This document shows positions 1 to 11,919 of a stretch of DNA of 43,830 nucleotides, piece by piece. Where the stretch lies: positions 1 through 43,830 of the forward strand of contig JASVEC010000138.1 of the NCBI GenBank assembly GCA_030770535.1, written 5' to 3'. The number at the start of each line of letters is the position of its first letter. Position 1 is the first letter of the stretch. The position numbers were made by a program, and so were the translations under genes. Under the pieces are notes generated by a model. It was not told the origin of the DNA and did not search any database. It was given only the letters and a program-made list of their open reading frames with translations. This DNA comes from Batkoa obscura (taxonomy: Eukaryota).

Positions 1-346
1 TTGTTGAGTACTATTCCTTCAATCCTAGTTATACATGGAAGAAATTATCAAGAATGAAAATTTGATGGGTAATTTTATCAGTAATCCCATATCAGTTAAT
101 GATAGTTTCGTCCAATCATATTCGATGATTTTATATCTGCTTTTTTTTGCCAAACAAGATCAATCTAATTTATCTTGTTGTTGTTAGTTTAAGCAATTAA
201 TACATGAGGGTTTATATTTAAGCCAAGTTTTGAAAATGAAATTCAAAATTTTTAATCAATAAAATTTTCTCATTTTTTAAATAGTTTATTCGATTCAGAT
301 AGTCTAAATTTTGTTCATTTTTTATTTCAATTGATTATTATAGAAA

Positions 347-1272
347 ATGGGTCTGAACTTTCTTCCTAAATTTAATTTCAAATCTCAGTTAACTAATTTT
401 TTAAAATATCAACCTAAATCGAAGAAACTAATAAATAATTCGCCTATACTTAATATTAAAGAAGGTAACAATGTTAAGGAAATGTTAACGAATAATATAG
501 ATGATGAGCTTAATTTTTTAATTAGAGAAACAAAAAAATTATCCATCAACTCAAGTGAATCCAACACTCAACAATATAAACTAGACCTTAATAAACAAAC
601 TACAAGCGACGACCATCAATCCTTAAAAGAAGATTTAAAAAACATATAAAGCATTAGATCCCAATAAATTATTGATAGTATTTGATCTTAACGGTGTATT
701 AATGTAGGATTTTTTTATATCCTTTTACCTTATCAATTTATATAATTAACTTTATTCTCTTTAGTTATCGTAAAAAAAAGAAAGTTATTACTTTACGTCC
801 AGGATTAGAAGAATTATTAACCTATTGTCTAAAACATTATAATGTAGCTATATGGAGCTCCGTGATGCCAAAGAATATGTTAAAAATATTGAAACAAATA
901 TTGCCCAATTATCAACAAAAACTAGTTTCCATATTTACCCGAGATCAATGTACTTTAAATGGCTCTTATTATTCTAAATGTGAAACTATTAAAGATTTAA
1001 ATAAATTATGGGAAGAATTAAATCAAAGAGAAGATGGAAAGAAAGTAGTTCATAGTAGTAATACAATTATTGTAGACGATTCATTGATTAAATGTCAATT
1101 GCAACCAGATAATCAAATATTACCTGAGACTTTTGAGCTGGATGGGAAAAAGGATGAGGAATTAATTTGGTTAAAGAAATACTTGATGTTTATTAACGAA
1201 GAGTTTTTAAAAGAGAAAAAGGAATTTGACGTGAAATGTTGGTTGATTTTAAAAACCTTTTCAAGAGTTTAA
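347..1272 (+). CDS. FCP1/NIF-like HAD-family phosphatase-domain protein, paralog 1; apparent +1 frameshift in A-run 637-642; intron 704-764
   Basis: Removing one A and splicing 704-764 gives LKEDLKTYKALDPNKLLIVFDLNGVLIYRK...LRPGLEELL...VAIWSS...IFTRDQC...KDLNKLW...NTIIVDDS...QPDN, the FCP1/NIF motif order. It joins ORF 862-1272 in frame. Confidence 0.75.
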
Positions 1273-1585
1273 AAAATTAGAGTAAAATGAATAGATTTAA
1301 TTAATAAATATGAATGTTTTATAATTAATAATTAATTATTATTTAGTGTTTTTCATTTAATTTTATTTAAATATTAATATTTTTCAAATTTAAAATAAAC
1401 AAAGATTATTGGTTAATAGAAAGTTAAGTGAATTTTATATTCTATTAATTAGTTTTTCCTTGAAAACTCAAGTTCAGTTTTATAAACTATTGAATTTATA
1501 AAAACCCGTTCTTTTTATCATTCAGTTTACTATTTCCAACCTCGTTAGAAATTTAGAGTTTAAAAGAGTATACAAAAATATCATT

Positions 1586-2822
1586 ATGAAACAGTCAAAT
1601 TATAGCAACTACCACAGCCCTATTAATAACACTGATGGAAGGATAAATCAAAATTTTATTGATATGAGTGATGTTATACCAATAAACATTGATGAAAGAC
1701 ATAACTATAACAATAATAACAATAATAACAATAATAGATATAGAAAAGACAAAGAACATAAAAGGTATAGAACTAGCAGGTATATGGAAGACAGAGATTA
1801 TTATAATAATAGATATAAGGAGGAAAGAGATAGAGATAATAATAGGTATAAAGAGAGTAGAAGTCATTATTCTAATCGACATAGGGAGGATAGGAATTAC
1901 AACATTAGTAGATACAGAGAAGATAGGAATCGCAGCGTTTATAGATATAGAGAGGATAATAATAAAAGTTTAAGTGCCAATCAAAGGAGAAGAGTGAATA
2001 ATACCCAAGTTTTAAATAAAGAACAAACTTCTGATGATAAAAAACAAGGTAAAATAAGAATAAAAATGATAACATTCATAAAATAATAAGTTCAAAATAG
2101 GTTTTCAAGTGAATGTAAATGAAAGAGATGGAGATTATTGGAAATTAAAAGAAGAGTTAACAACTTACAAATCAGTAGATAGAAACAAGCTAGTAGTGGT
2201 ATTTGATTTAAATGGTGTTTTAATGTAAATTTTTTATTTAACTTTTATTTATTAATTAATTTAATCTATTTAGTCGACGTACATCTAAAGATAAAAGAGT
2301 TATATTACGACCATGGTTACAAGCATTATTAGATTATTGTGATCAAAATTATAATGTAATATTTTGGAGTTCAGTAATGCCTGCATCTATGCTCCAAATT
2401 TTAATTAAAATATTACCCAATTATAAACAAAAATTAGTACGAATATATACGAGAAATCATTGTACATTTATCAGGACGATATAATTCAAAATGTGATACT
2501 ATCAAAAACTTAGAAAAATTATGGGAAGATTTAAATTTTGAGTTTAATGATAAAAATTTATTTAATGACAAAAATACCATTATTGTAGATGATTCAATTA
2601 TTAAATGTAAATTGCAACCTAATAATCAAATTGTACCGGATATTTATCAAAGAGACATAGCTGGAGAACAAGATACCGAATTACATTATCTAAAACATTA
2701 TTTAAATTATGTTAATGAAGAATATCACAAGAATGTAAAGTTATTTGATGTTAAAAAAAATTATTAAACAAGTGCCATTTGCTAATTTTAAAGAGTTATG
2801 TCAAGATACTAATGATCTTTAA
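1586..2822 (+). CDS. FCP1/NIF-like HAD-family phosphatase-domain protein, paralog 2, with R/D/E/Y-rich repetitive N-terminus; introns 2049-2100 and 2225-2273; apparent +1 frameshifts at 2467-2469 and possibly 2753-2760
   Basis: The spliced translation KLKEELTTYKSVDRNKLVVVFDLNGVLIRR...LRPWL...IFWSS...TRNHCTLSGRYNSKCDTIKNLEKLW...NTIIVDDS...QPNN aligns with paralog 1 and has the same intron position after DLNGVL. Stop is at 2767 as given, or 2822 if the second run is corrected. Confidence 0.7.
1781..1978 (+). repeat. 33-nt (11-aa) degenerate coding tandem repeat x6
   Basis: YMEDRDYYNNR / YKEERDRDNNR / YKESRSHYSNR / HREDRNYNISR / YREDRNRSVYR / YREDNNKSLSA. Confidence 0.8.
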
Positions 2823-2965
2823 GTTTTCAATCTAATACTTGAGTTTGAATTTTAAATTGTTGGATTTTTACTCTAGACAGAAAATTTTATTAATATTTAT
2901 TTTACGATATATAAATAAATAATAGTTTAATTAAATATTTTATATTTTTTTTATATTTAACATAT

Positions 2966-3061
2966 AGAGCTGTTTTTTTATTTTCATTATTTTTCCATTT
3001 TTTAAGCGCTATTTAAGTAGAAAGATTGTAGTAAAATTCTTAAACAAAAAAACACATCCCC
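2966..3061 (-). mobile_element. MITE family A copy
   Basis: Matches the reverse of the consensus GGGGATGTATTTTTGTGTTTAAGAATTTT...AAATAGCGCTTAAAAAATGGAAAAA...AAAAACACYCCC. ATAT on both sides. Confidence 0.9.
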
Positions 3062-3527
3062 ATATCATTTTATCGTTTTTATTGTTATTACTATTAATAT
3101 TTTTCATTCTTCTTTTAAACCAATTAAATAAATTAATTTTTGGCACATTAAATTTCGGCAACTTGATTCGAATATTAAAAGGTCAATAAGGGTTAAATTT
3201 TTAAGAATTTAGCATGAATTTTTTAAAAAAATAGTAAAATAGGTGGTGTTGATAATAAATAACCAAGGAAAGTTTTAATTTGATAAACCATGATGATAGC
3301 CAATAAAATCCTTCAATTTATAGCAAATGTTGCCCAAAACGATATATCCCTTAATAAAGATTAGCTTTTTTTAATTAGAATTAGAAACTTTTACTTTACA
3401 ATTTGTTCGTTATCTATTAAGGGTTCTAGATAACATAAATCAAATAGACTATAAAAAAAATACCAAAATTAATAAAACTTAATTATCTTTAGTCCCTTAT
3501 CAATTACATATAAAAAGAATAAGAATA

Positions 3528-4980
3528 ATGGTAAACTTCTTTAAGGTGAATTCTAACTAGTTTCTAATTACTGGAATAAAAATTAGGCAAAAAAAGGCAG
3601 CAACAATTTAAAAAGGCGTAAACAACCAGAACAAAGTACTAAAGTACATCAACCTTCTGGTAAATCCAACGACGAAGATATCAATATGGAGATCAGCACC
3701 CCAGATTTACAAGATATTACCAATATGGTCGAAGAAGTAAAACCATTATTGAAGAAAAAATTTGATCAATTATTATGTAATTTCCAAGAACTTCCAGCTT
3801 GGGCACAAGACAATATCTATATCCATACTGGTTATCGAGTACCAACTGAATCTTATAAAGGATGTTGGAAATCTTTGCTATATCTCCATAATGAAACTGG
3901 CAATGTCTATAGTCATTTATTAGGAGCTATTGCTTTTTTAATTCTTGGTTTGATTACCTCCTATTATCTTTATTCAACTGGTTCAGCTCAATGGTCTGAT
4001 TATTTTGTTATTTATGCATTTATTGCTACCGCTATTTTTTGTTTGGTTTCTTCTGCTCTCTTCCATCTTTTTTGTTGTCACTCAGAATCAGTAAGTTCTT
4101 GGATTTTTTTTAATCTTTGTAATTGTTTGATTAATGCTTTTTTAGCATTCAAAAGCGTGGAATAAGTGTGATTATATTGGAATTGTATTTTTAATTGTGT
4201 AAGTAGACAAAATATTATTAGTATTATTCATTTATTAATTTATTTCATAATTAGTGGTTCTTTTATACCAGCAGTTTATTTTGGTAAGCATCTATAAAAA
4301 ACTTATTAGTAGTAAATTAACAATTCAAAACTAGGCTTTTATTGTGAAAATGATTTAAAATTAATATATTTATCGAGTATTATTATATTGGGAATAGCTA
4401 CAGTAAGTTTATATAATTATTTATTCTAACTTGCAAGATATTGATATTATTATTAGATTTGTGTCTCAATGAGTGATAAATTAAGTGAACCAGGATATAG
4501 GTTTCATCGTCTTACTTTATTTATGGGTTTAGGTTTATCTGGTCTAATACCTTTATCCCATTCAATTGTCAGAGCTGGAGTAAGTAACATTATTAATAAT
4601 ATATATGATATACTTATTGATTTATATAGATTAGTCATAGTTTCCATTCATTATCATTAAATTGGATGACTTTAATGGGAGCCATGTATATAACTGGGGC
4701 TTTAATTTATGGATTTAGGTAATTTAACTCAATGAAATACGAAGTATAGTACTAATAATAAATTTAACAGAATTCCGGAAAGATGGTATCCAGGGAAATT
4801 TGATTTTTGGGTAAATATTGTTATTGGATTTTAGTAATTGTAAAATTGACAATTAAATTTTAGGGACATTCGCATCAAATTTGGCATCTTTTTGTAGTTG
4901 CAGCAGCAGTTTTTCACTATGTTGGTGTACTCAAAGCTTTCCATTTTCATCATTCAGGTACTTATACCTGCCAGATTTAA
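3528..4980 (+). CDS. PAQR/HlyIII-family membrane protein (IZH/adiponectin-receptor-like), 9 exons: 3528-3530, 3587-4090, 4146-4198, 4255-4283, 4335-4402, 4457-4579, 4630-4718, 4771-4810, 4864-4980
   Basis: Motifs [69 protein letters not shown]. All introns are GT-AG and keep frame. Confidence 0.95.
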
Positions 4981-5285
4981 TCCCTTATTAACCAATTAAT
5001 ATATGATATCTTCTTATTATACCTATGAATTGTTTTAATAATTTCGTATCCCAAAATGTTTTTATTACAAAAATAATGACCTTGTATTTTTATAATTTTA
5101 AATAAATAGGAATAGAATAAACACTATTTAATATGAAATAATTATCATTGATTGGAATTATTAATGCGAGGATGAGTTTATTTAGAAAAACATAACTTTT
5201 ATATTATTATCTAAAATAAAGAATTGATATAGTGTATTAGCATACACTATAACTTCTATGTAAGTTAAATTAGCAAAGTAAATAT

Positions 5286-5382
5286 GGGGATGTATTTTTG
5301 TATTTAAGAATTTTACTAGCAATTTTTCCGCTTAAATAGCGCTTAAAAATGGAAAAAATAATGAAGTCAAAAAAACACTCCC
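5286..5382 (+). mobile_element. MITE family A copy
   Basis: GGGGATGTATTTTT...AAAAACACTCCC, ATAT TSD. Confidence 0.95.
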
Positions 5383-5561
5383 ATATATTAACACGAATAT
5401 AAAAATAACAAATTACATAAAAGCAAGTAGTTTTGAAACAATTTTAATAGTAATAAATTTACAAGGTTACTGAAGTAAAAGGTTTTACTCCAAAAAGTGG
5501 AGTAAACGTAAAGACAAGAAACGATAAATGAAGCAATTGGAAAAAATACAATTTAATAGGA

Positions 5562-6215
5562 TTAATCTGAATTACGACGTGAACTATTATGACTTGAGCC
5601 TGAAGAAATAGCAGCAACAGCACCTAAAGAAGCCAACGTAATTCCTTGGGCATACATTCTAGCTTCCACCAATTTTTGTTGAACAGTTAAATATCTAATA
5701 TAAAGTTAATAAATATTCTTAAAGCTAATTCGATAATAATAACTTACTTTTTACGATATAAATAAATACCAGCACCAGTCATACCAATAACCCAAGAAGC
5801 ACCTAAAAGGTGGTAACGATAATCAGCTACAAAATCTTGGAATTTCTGTGTAGATGTTAGTGGGGTAGTATCCACAACTTTTTCCTCATCTTGAAGGTAA
5901 TCAGGTACAAGATGAGCGTGGGACTTACGATCATATTCTATTAAAGCATGTTCACCAAAAACTACAAAACCAGCTGTTGTCACTAGAAAAATAAAAACAT
6001 AAGTTAAGTTTTGAGTCATAATCAAAATGGGACTTACTTGAGGAGATAAAGAAGGCTTTAGTTGGTAAACGCATGTATTTGGCTTTACTTGAGTATTTAC
6101 TAAATAATAAAGTCAATGTTGTTGCACCTACAAAAAAGAGGGCTCCACCCTTTATACCAGCAGTAGTAAAGATACTATTGGCATCGTCTAATTGTTTTTC
6201 GCTGATAATTTTCAT
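5562..6215 (-). CDS. RCF2: HIG1-domain mitochondrial respiratory supercomplex factor 2-like protein; introns 5983-6037 and 5695-5747
   Basis: N-terminus MKIISEKQLDDANSIFTTAGIKGG...LPTKAFFISS. C-terminal HIG1 motif YHLLGASW...LTVQQKLVEARMYAQGITL. Confidence 0.88.
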
Positions 6216-9020
6216 AATAGATAATTAAAATAAGTTATTGAAATTTATTTGTTGATATATGTTAATAAGCAACTAAAAAGCAGTCCAACTTTGCTTATAT
6301 ATTGGCTAAAAAAAATTTTTTTTTAGATTATTAATAGAAAATGACACAATAAAACAATCAGTTTTATTTTGGAGATTTCTAAATTTGGTAAAATTGGGGT
6401 TTTGGAGATGAGTTTTATCGAATGTTTTGTCATTTCTAAAAAAATTAGCCAGAAAATTAGAATTTTCGATGGCGAAGTGAGACTGCGTTTTTATTCACTC
6501 TATATGTAGTAAATCTTTATTAACCAATAAATAAAGATGGATAGTTCTAGCTTGATTTTTTAAGGATGGTTGAATATATCGGAATTTTAATAACTTTTAA
6601 AAACACTAAAAAATAAAAAAATGGAATTAAAAAATAGTATTATTGCTATTATCTATCTTCAACCCTTGCTAGTAGATAATATTTTCTTTGTAATGAAATA
6701 ATATTAAGATACTAAGTTTTGTTGTTTTATCTCATTATGATCTTCTAACTATGGATAAAGTCAATTGACTTGGGTAAATGAAAAAACGATTAGTTCTTGT
6801 GAGTCATCCAAAAGGTTTGAATTTAAAGAATAAATTTACGGGTATAATAAAATAGTTATTTTAATATATTAAAGTTACTTAAATTATTGATTTTAATAGT
6901 CAGGATGTTAAAAATAGCTTGAGTTGTTTTCATTTTAAAATAATATTAAAATAGTTTATCAATTTTCCTTTAATAAAGCGCGCTGACTTTCTAGGCTAAG
7001 GATCAAAAAATAGTTTACAAAATCTCTAATTAAAGAATGATACATACCTGGTTATTATTATTGATAAATTGCTGTTACTTTTGAAATTCTATAGTCTATT
7101 TAAATTATTTACTTTATTTTAAATACTGTTATGAACTATAATAACTGAGTTTTAATTTAAGTTAATCAAATGTACATTTCTGTCTTTGATCTATTAATAA
7201 ATTAGCATACTAAAGGGGACTTTATTTGTACTTTTCTTTTCTTGAAGACTCACAATGTAGTTGAAAATAATAATAGTCATGATGTTTTGAACTGCTCTAA
7301 ACTAATATTATTTGAATGTTTTTGGTTTTTTAATGTTTTTTTATAACAATGCTCAACATTATATAATACTATTATCTCATCTAGTAACATAAATTTAAAG
7401 TTTCAAATACTTATTAAATATTATCTAAAGCTCATTGAGTAAACATCAATAAAAAATTTTAAAACTATAATTCAAATATCATGACAACTATTTCTTACTA
7501 TCAATTTTATAGTTTTACTATTCTTATGAGTATTTGCCAAACAAAATTTTAATGTAGTTTGATGAATAAACGGATGTCTATAATTAATATTTTATGTTGA
7601 TTAAGGATTTTGTATGATGTTGCTTATGGTATTAAAAGATTAGACTTGAAACACTGTGACAGTTTGAATCAGGAGTCTATAAGAATTTAAAAATAAATTA
7701 ACTTATAAATATTTATATTTTAAACAATTGTTGATATTAAAAGCAATAAATAAATCTCATAAACCGAACCCTTGGAGTAATACTTGAACTTGTTTGGATT
7801 GAAATCGGGTATGATATAGTTTCTATATGAAAAAAAGTCAAAAATAAGAATAGTAGTAAAAATAGGTCTACCCAATAACGGATATTTAGTTATTATAACT
7901 TCAATCTTACTAAAAAAAAACCACCATACTACTTTGTATTGGGCCATAGACCTCAGCCTTTAAATTAGTATCTATATTTCTATCTCGATAAGCTAAACAA
8001 TAGGACATGTTCATAACTAAATCTTTAAAAATGTAAAAAATGATAATAGCCATCGACTGATGGTGGGAGTTCCTATGACTTATATTTGTATAAGGATATT
8101 AGCCAGGCTTAAGGTTAACAAATTGAATATTTTTTAACTTTAAATAACAGAAATAGTGTATCTATTAAATTTTCTTATTTGTTATTGTTTATTAAGCTAA
8201 AATTGGTATTGGTTAAGTCTAACCCTTAGTCTTTGATTATCTAAATTATCAAAGAGTTTTATTATATGCCCATACCTGTTCAAAATTTTGAGCGTTAGGA
8301 ATTTAATCTCTTACAATGTTTGTGACTTGCTATCTACTAAGTGTAAAATTAGCCCCCTCAATGAGTATAACGTAATGGGAGAGCCAAAGTTGTGGTCAGT
8401 ATTGTTTTGACGATTTATTTTATGGCTACCTACTCCATAAATTAATTAATTCAATTTAAAAGATCAAAAATTTTAATCTTCTCTGATACAAAATAACATT
8501 TAAACTTACTATTTATTCTCATTCTAGACCAAATAAAAAGGCTCCTATTTGTCGAATCTTTATCATTTTATGGTTTCCGAAAAATATGTTGAATGATAAT
8601 TGACATCAGATTATTTGTATTCTAGTTGAAATTGATCTTTAAATCAAAGTTTAGAAGGATTATTATCATAATAAATGTAAGTGTTGAAAATTTTGAAGAT
8701 ATAGTTTAGAGACCAACTCTATTAAAGAAATGATGTAAATTTTTCTCCATGTAAAAAGATATTCCACCCGATAATCTTGATACAAAAAGTGATATGGTAC
8801 ATTTTGAAACTCTATATATCAACTTTTCGGCGGGTCACTTTTCCATTTATTTCAGAATTAGATGACTTATTTATCTGCCATATCTTAAATTATGATTCGG
8901 GATCGAGTGCTTTGAAGATTCTGTACTGATTAAGGTCATTATATAGTAGCACCAAATCGATAATATAATCAAAGCCCAGCTATGGAAGAATAATTTTAGC
9001 AAAAAATCAAAATAGGTTAT

Positions 9021-9117
9021 GGGAGTGTTTTTTTTTGACTTTACTTTTTCCATTTTTTAAGCGCTATTTGAGTGGAAAGATTATTAGCAAAATTCCTAAA
9101 CAGGGAAGTATATCCCC
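9021..9117 (-). mobile_element. MITE family A copy
   Basis: GGGAGTGTTTTT...TATATCCCC. Flanks TTAT/TATA (imperfect TSD). Confidence 0.9.
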
Positions 9118-9443
9118 TATATGATTTAAATATAGTTTACAATTACTCAAACTAAGTTAAACTTAATTTTTTGTTATTTTATTGGCCATAACTAAAATGC
9201 TTTAGTATAAATAAATAAAGCTTGATATTATTCCTCATATATCAAAAATAAACTAATTTTAAAAGCTTTTGCAATGTAACCATATAAATATTATTATTAA
9301 ATAATGGCTTAATACTATTAATTTAAAACCATTGCTTTATATATTTTGCTTAATCTAATAAATTATATTAGTACTTTTAGTTATTGCTTTATTTAAATAT
9401 GTATTTTGTTTTTTATATTATAGTTTTGTTTAAATCTAGATAT

Positions 9444-9541
9444 GAGGATGTTTTTTTGGCTTCATTATTTTTTCCATCTTTTAAGCACTATTTGAGTGGA
9501 AAAACTATTAGTAAAATTCTTAAATACAAAAATACATCCCC
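9444..9541 (-). mobile_element. MITE family A copy
   Basis: GAGGATGTTTTT...AATACATCCCC, ATAT TSD. Confidence 0.95.
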
Positions 9542-10381
9542 ATATGTAGTTTATTAGAACAACTAAATGTTTTGTAATAACAAAATATTCTATCGTCAAC
9601 AGAAAAGTCATTCATTCACGTTAATTTTCTTTTTACTTTGATCAATAGATGGAGTAACAAATTCCTTAAACAATTTCAAACATTTAAATAATTTGCTTCA
9701 ATTGTTAAAGTTCTCCATATAGCATTCTTTTATCTTTTCTTTTTTCTGTAGATTAAATTTATATACTACTGTCTGTTTTTCAAGAGATCTATCGTGCTCT
9801 GCTGCACACTTTAGATCCTCGCTTATTTTTGTTTTATAGAATATAGGATACGAGCTATTCATTGAAATACAAGGAAACGTATACTCATTTAGCTCCTGTA
9901 GATTAAGCTTTTGAAATATTTTATTATACTGAAATGGAGCAATAATATCAGTAATTGGTTGAGCCTTGGAACTATCACTGTCCTCGAGGTATAGTTTGTT
10001 TCGTTGAAGGAATACTAAATGATCACTATAGCTATTTATAATTCAACCATTTACTTTATTGGGTTTCATACATCCATTTATTAGAAGTGGGATATGTCTT
10101 TATAAAAAAAATAAGCTTATCTTGCTTTTTATAACTTATAACCTGCAATACAACCTTTCCGACATAGTCAAGGTAGCGCTCTTTGGTTTTTGATAAATGT
10201 ATCATAAAAAATAAGGCATACAGGTTTCATCATAATAATTGTCTTTTCTATGACTTAAAGCGCCTTTTGGTATATCATTTAAAGTTATACCATCAACTGT
10301 TTCTCCAAAAAAATCCATCTCACTCTGCTCTTTAATAGTGATATAATGATATTTTAAATGTTCATTAATTCAGTCATTATT

Positions 10382-10475
10382 AGGAGTATTTTTTTTGACT
10401 TTATTATTTTTTCCATTTTTAAGCGTTATTTAAGCGGAAAATTAGTGAAATTCTTAAACACAAAAATACATCCCC
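10382..10475 (-). mobile_element. MITE family A copy
   Basis: AGGAGTATTTTT...AATACATCCCC. Flanks TATT/ATTA (imperfect TSD). Confidence 0.9.
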
Positions 10476-10713
10476 ATTAGAATCTTTGTCTATAATGTTA
10501 CTTCTTCCTATACCCTACATTTTTTATTAAACTTAATATTAAAAATTATAAAATTCAACCTAAATTTATACTTAATTTTGAATTATTAATGGAATATTCT
10601 AAATATTAATAATATAAAGATACTTTTTTATTAGAATAATATTTAAAAAAACAATAGGCGGGACTCAACAGATATTGTTAAAAAAAATCATAAAATGAAT
10701 AATTAATCCATAT

Positions 10714-10812
10714 GAGGATGTATTTCTATGTTTAAGAATTTTGCTAATAATTTTTCCTCTCAAATAGCACTTAAAAAATGGAAAAAATAATGAAGCCAAA
10801 AAAAACACCCCC
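10714..10812 (+). mobile_element. MITE family A copy
   Basis: GAGGATGTATTT...AAAACACCCCC, ATAT TSD. Confidence 0.95.
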
Positions 10813-10857
10813 ATATGTAGTTTTTAATGTTTAAGGTTTATTTCTAAAAATAATAAT

Positions 10858-10955
10858 GAGGATGTATTTTTGTGTTTAAGAATTTGACTAACAATTTTTT
10901 CGCTCAAATAGTGCTCAAAAGGTGGAAAAAGTGATAAAGCCAAAAAAACATCCTT
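10858..10955 (+). mobile_element. MITE family A copy
   Basis: GAGGATGTATTTTT...AAAACATCCTT. TSD is TAAT if the right end is one base short. Confidence 0.92.
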
Positions 10956-11115
10956 AATAATAATCAAACAAAAATTCAATAAATATTTTTTTGAGTAAAT
11001 TTTAAAAACCAATTTATTGAATTTATCTAGTACATTTTAAAGCTATTCATAAATAATTTAAAAGATACACTAGAATACCACGACATGGTCTACTTTTAGT
11101 AAGGCTAAAATGCAT

Positions 11116-11212
11116 CCCATGTATTTATGTATTTAAGAATTTTACTAACAATTTTTCCACTCAAATAGCGCTTAAAAGATGAAAAAAATAATGAAGTCAA
11201 AAAAACAGCCCC
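11116..11212 (+). mobile_element. MITE family A copy with inverted left tip
   Basis: The body matches consensus. The expected terminal GGG reads CCC in the loop of hairpin AAATGCAT-CCC-ATGTATTT. Confidence 0.9.
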
Positions 11213-11919
11213 ACATTGTATTATTCATCTATTTGATATAAAACAAGTTTTATATTAACTTTTAAAGTGTTCTTTATTATTCGAATAACTAGGATCCAAA
11301 AATGTATTTAATATGATGTAAAATAGAAGAATTTACAGGGGTAAGTGATAATGATAGAAATTATGAATCAACTATAATATCTCCACTGGATAATTACAGC
11401 TCTTAATATTTCATCGTTTGATATAATACAAAGATTGATATTTTGAATTTTTTTATAAAGATGCTAATAAAGTTCTAAACTGATATTAGCCATTATAATT
11501 GATTTGGGTTTGGGTTAGAGTTACTCAGAGCTATACTGGGTTACAATTAACGGGTATTATAACAGCAAGAAATTAAAAATTAGCTAATTTAACATTTGTA
11601 TTAACTGAAAATCCGATTTTATTAAAAAATTATTGTCTATAATACTTTATCTAGCAGTAAAGTGTTATGATCAACCCAAAATTTCTTTAGTAAATAATGG
11701 GTATAATGTGACTTTTATTGTAATATTGAAAATAGACTTAACGATTTGAGTATACAAAAATTGAGGCTCCTGTTTCCAAATCTACAGTCACAGATGCATT
11801 AATGGTTTCTTTTAGGCGTTTTTAAGTAATTATTTTTACTTTATTAAAAATAAAGCAACTTATTTTATACAATTAATGCTATAATGTTTTTTAAAACTAT
11901 AAGCAAAGTTTTATTATAT

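Larger units (their letters stand above)
7720..10520 (-). pseudogene. Decayed long, apparently intronless coding relic of unknown family, interrupted by three MITEs
   Basis: Minus-strand frames stay protein-like over long stretches with scattered stops and frameshifts. One example is a ~100-codon stop-free run IINSYSDHLVFLQRNKLY...ECYMENFNN at ~9680-9990. Others are LGFDYIIDLVLLYNDLNQYRIFKALDPES and ORF 7720-7947. Boundaries are approximate. Confidence 0.45.

Noticed and set aside
1..200. Tail of a gene entering from the left edge
   Set aside because: Short open frames only, with no recognisable motif or consistent splice model.
636..649. Programmed ribosomal frameshift at A_AAA_AAC
   Set aside because: That heptamer promotes -1 shifts, but +1 is needed here. 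The paralog is in frame at this position.
1595..1973. Ile-rich ORFs 1595-1882(-) and 1689-1973(+)
   Set aside because: Shadow frames of the Asn/Arg repeat in ORF 1586.
2966..5382. Composite transposon formed by inverted MITEs around the PAQR gene
   Set aside because: Each MITE has its own ATAT TSD, and at this copy density such flanking is expected by chance.
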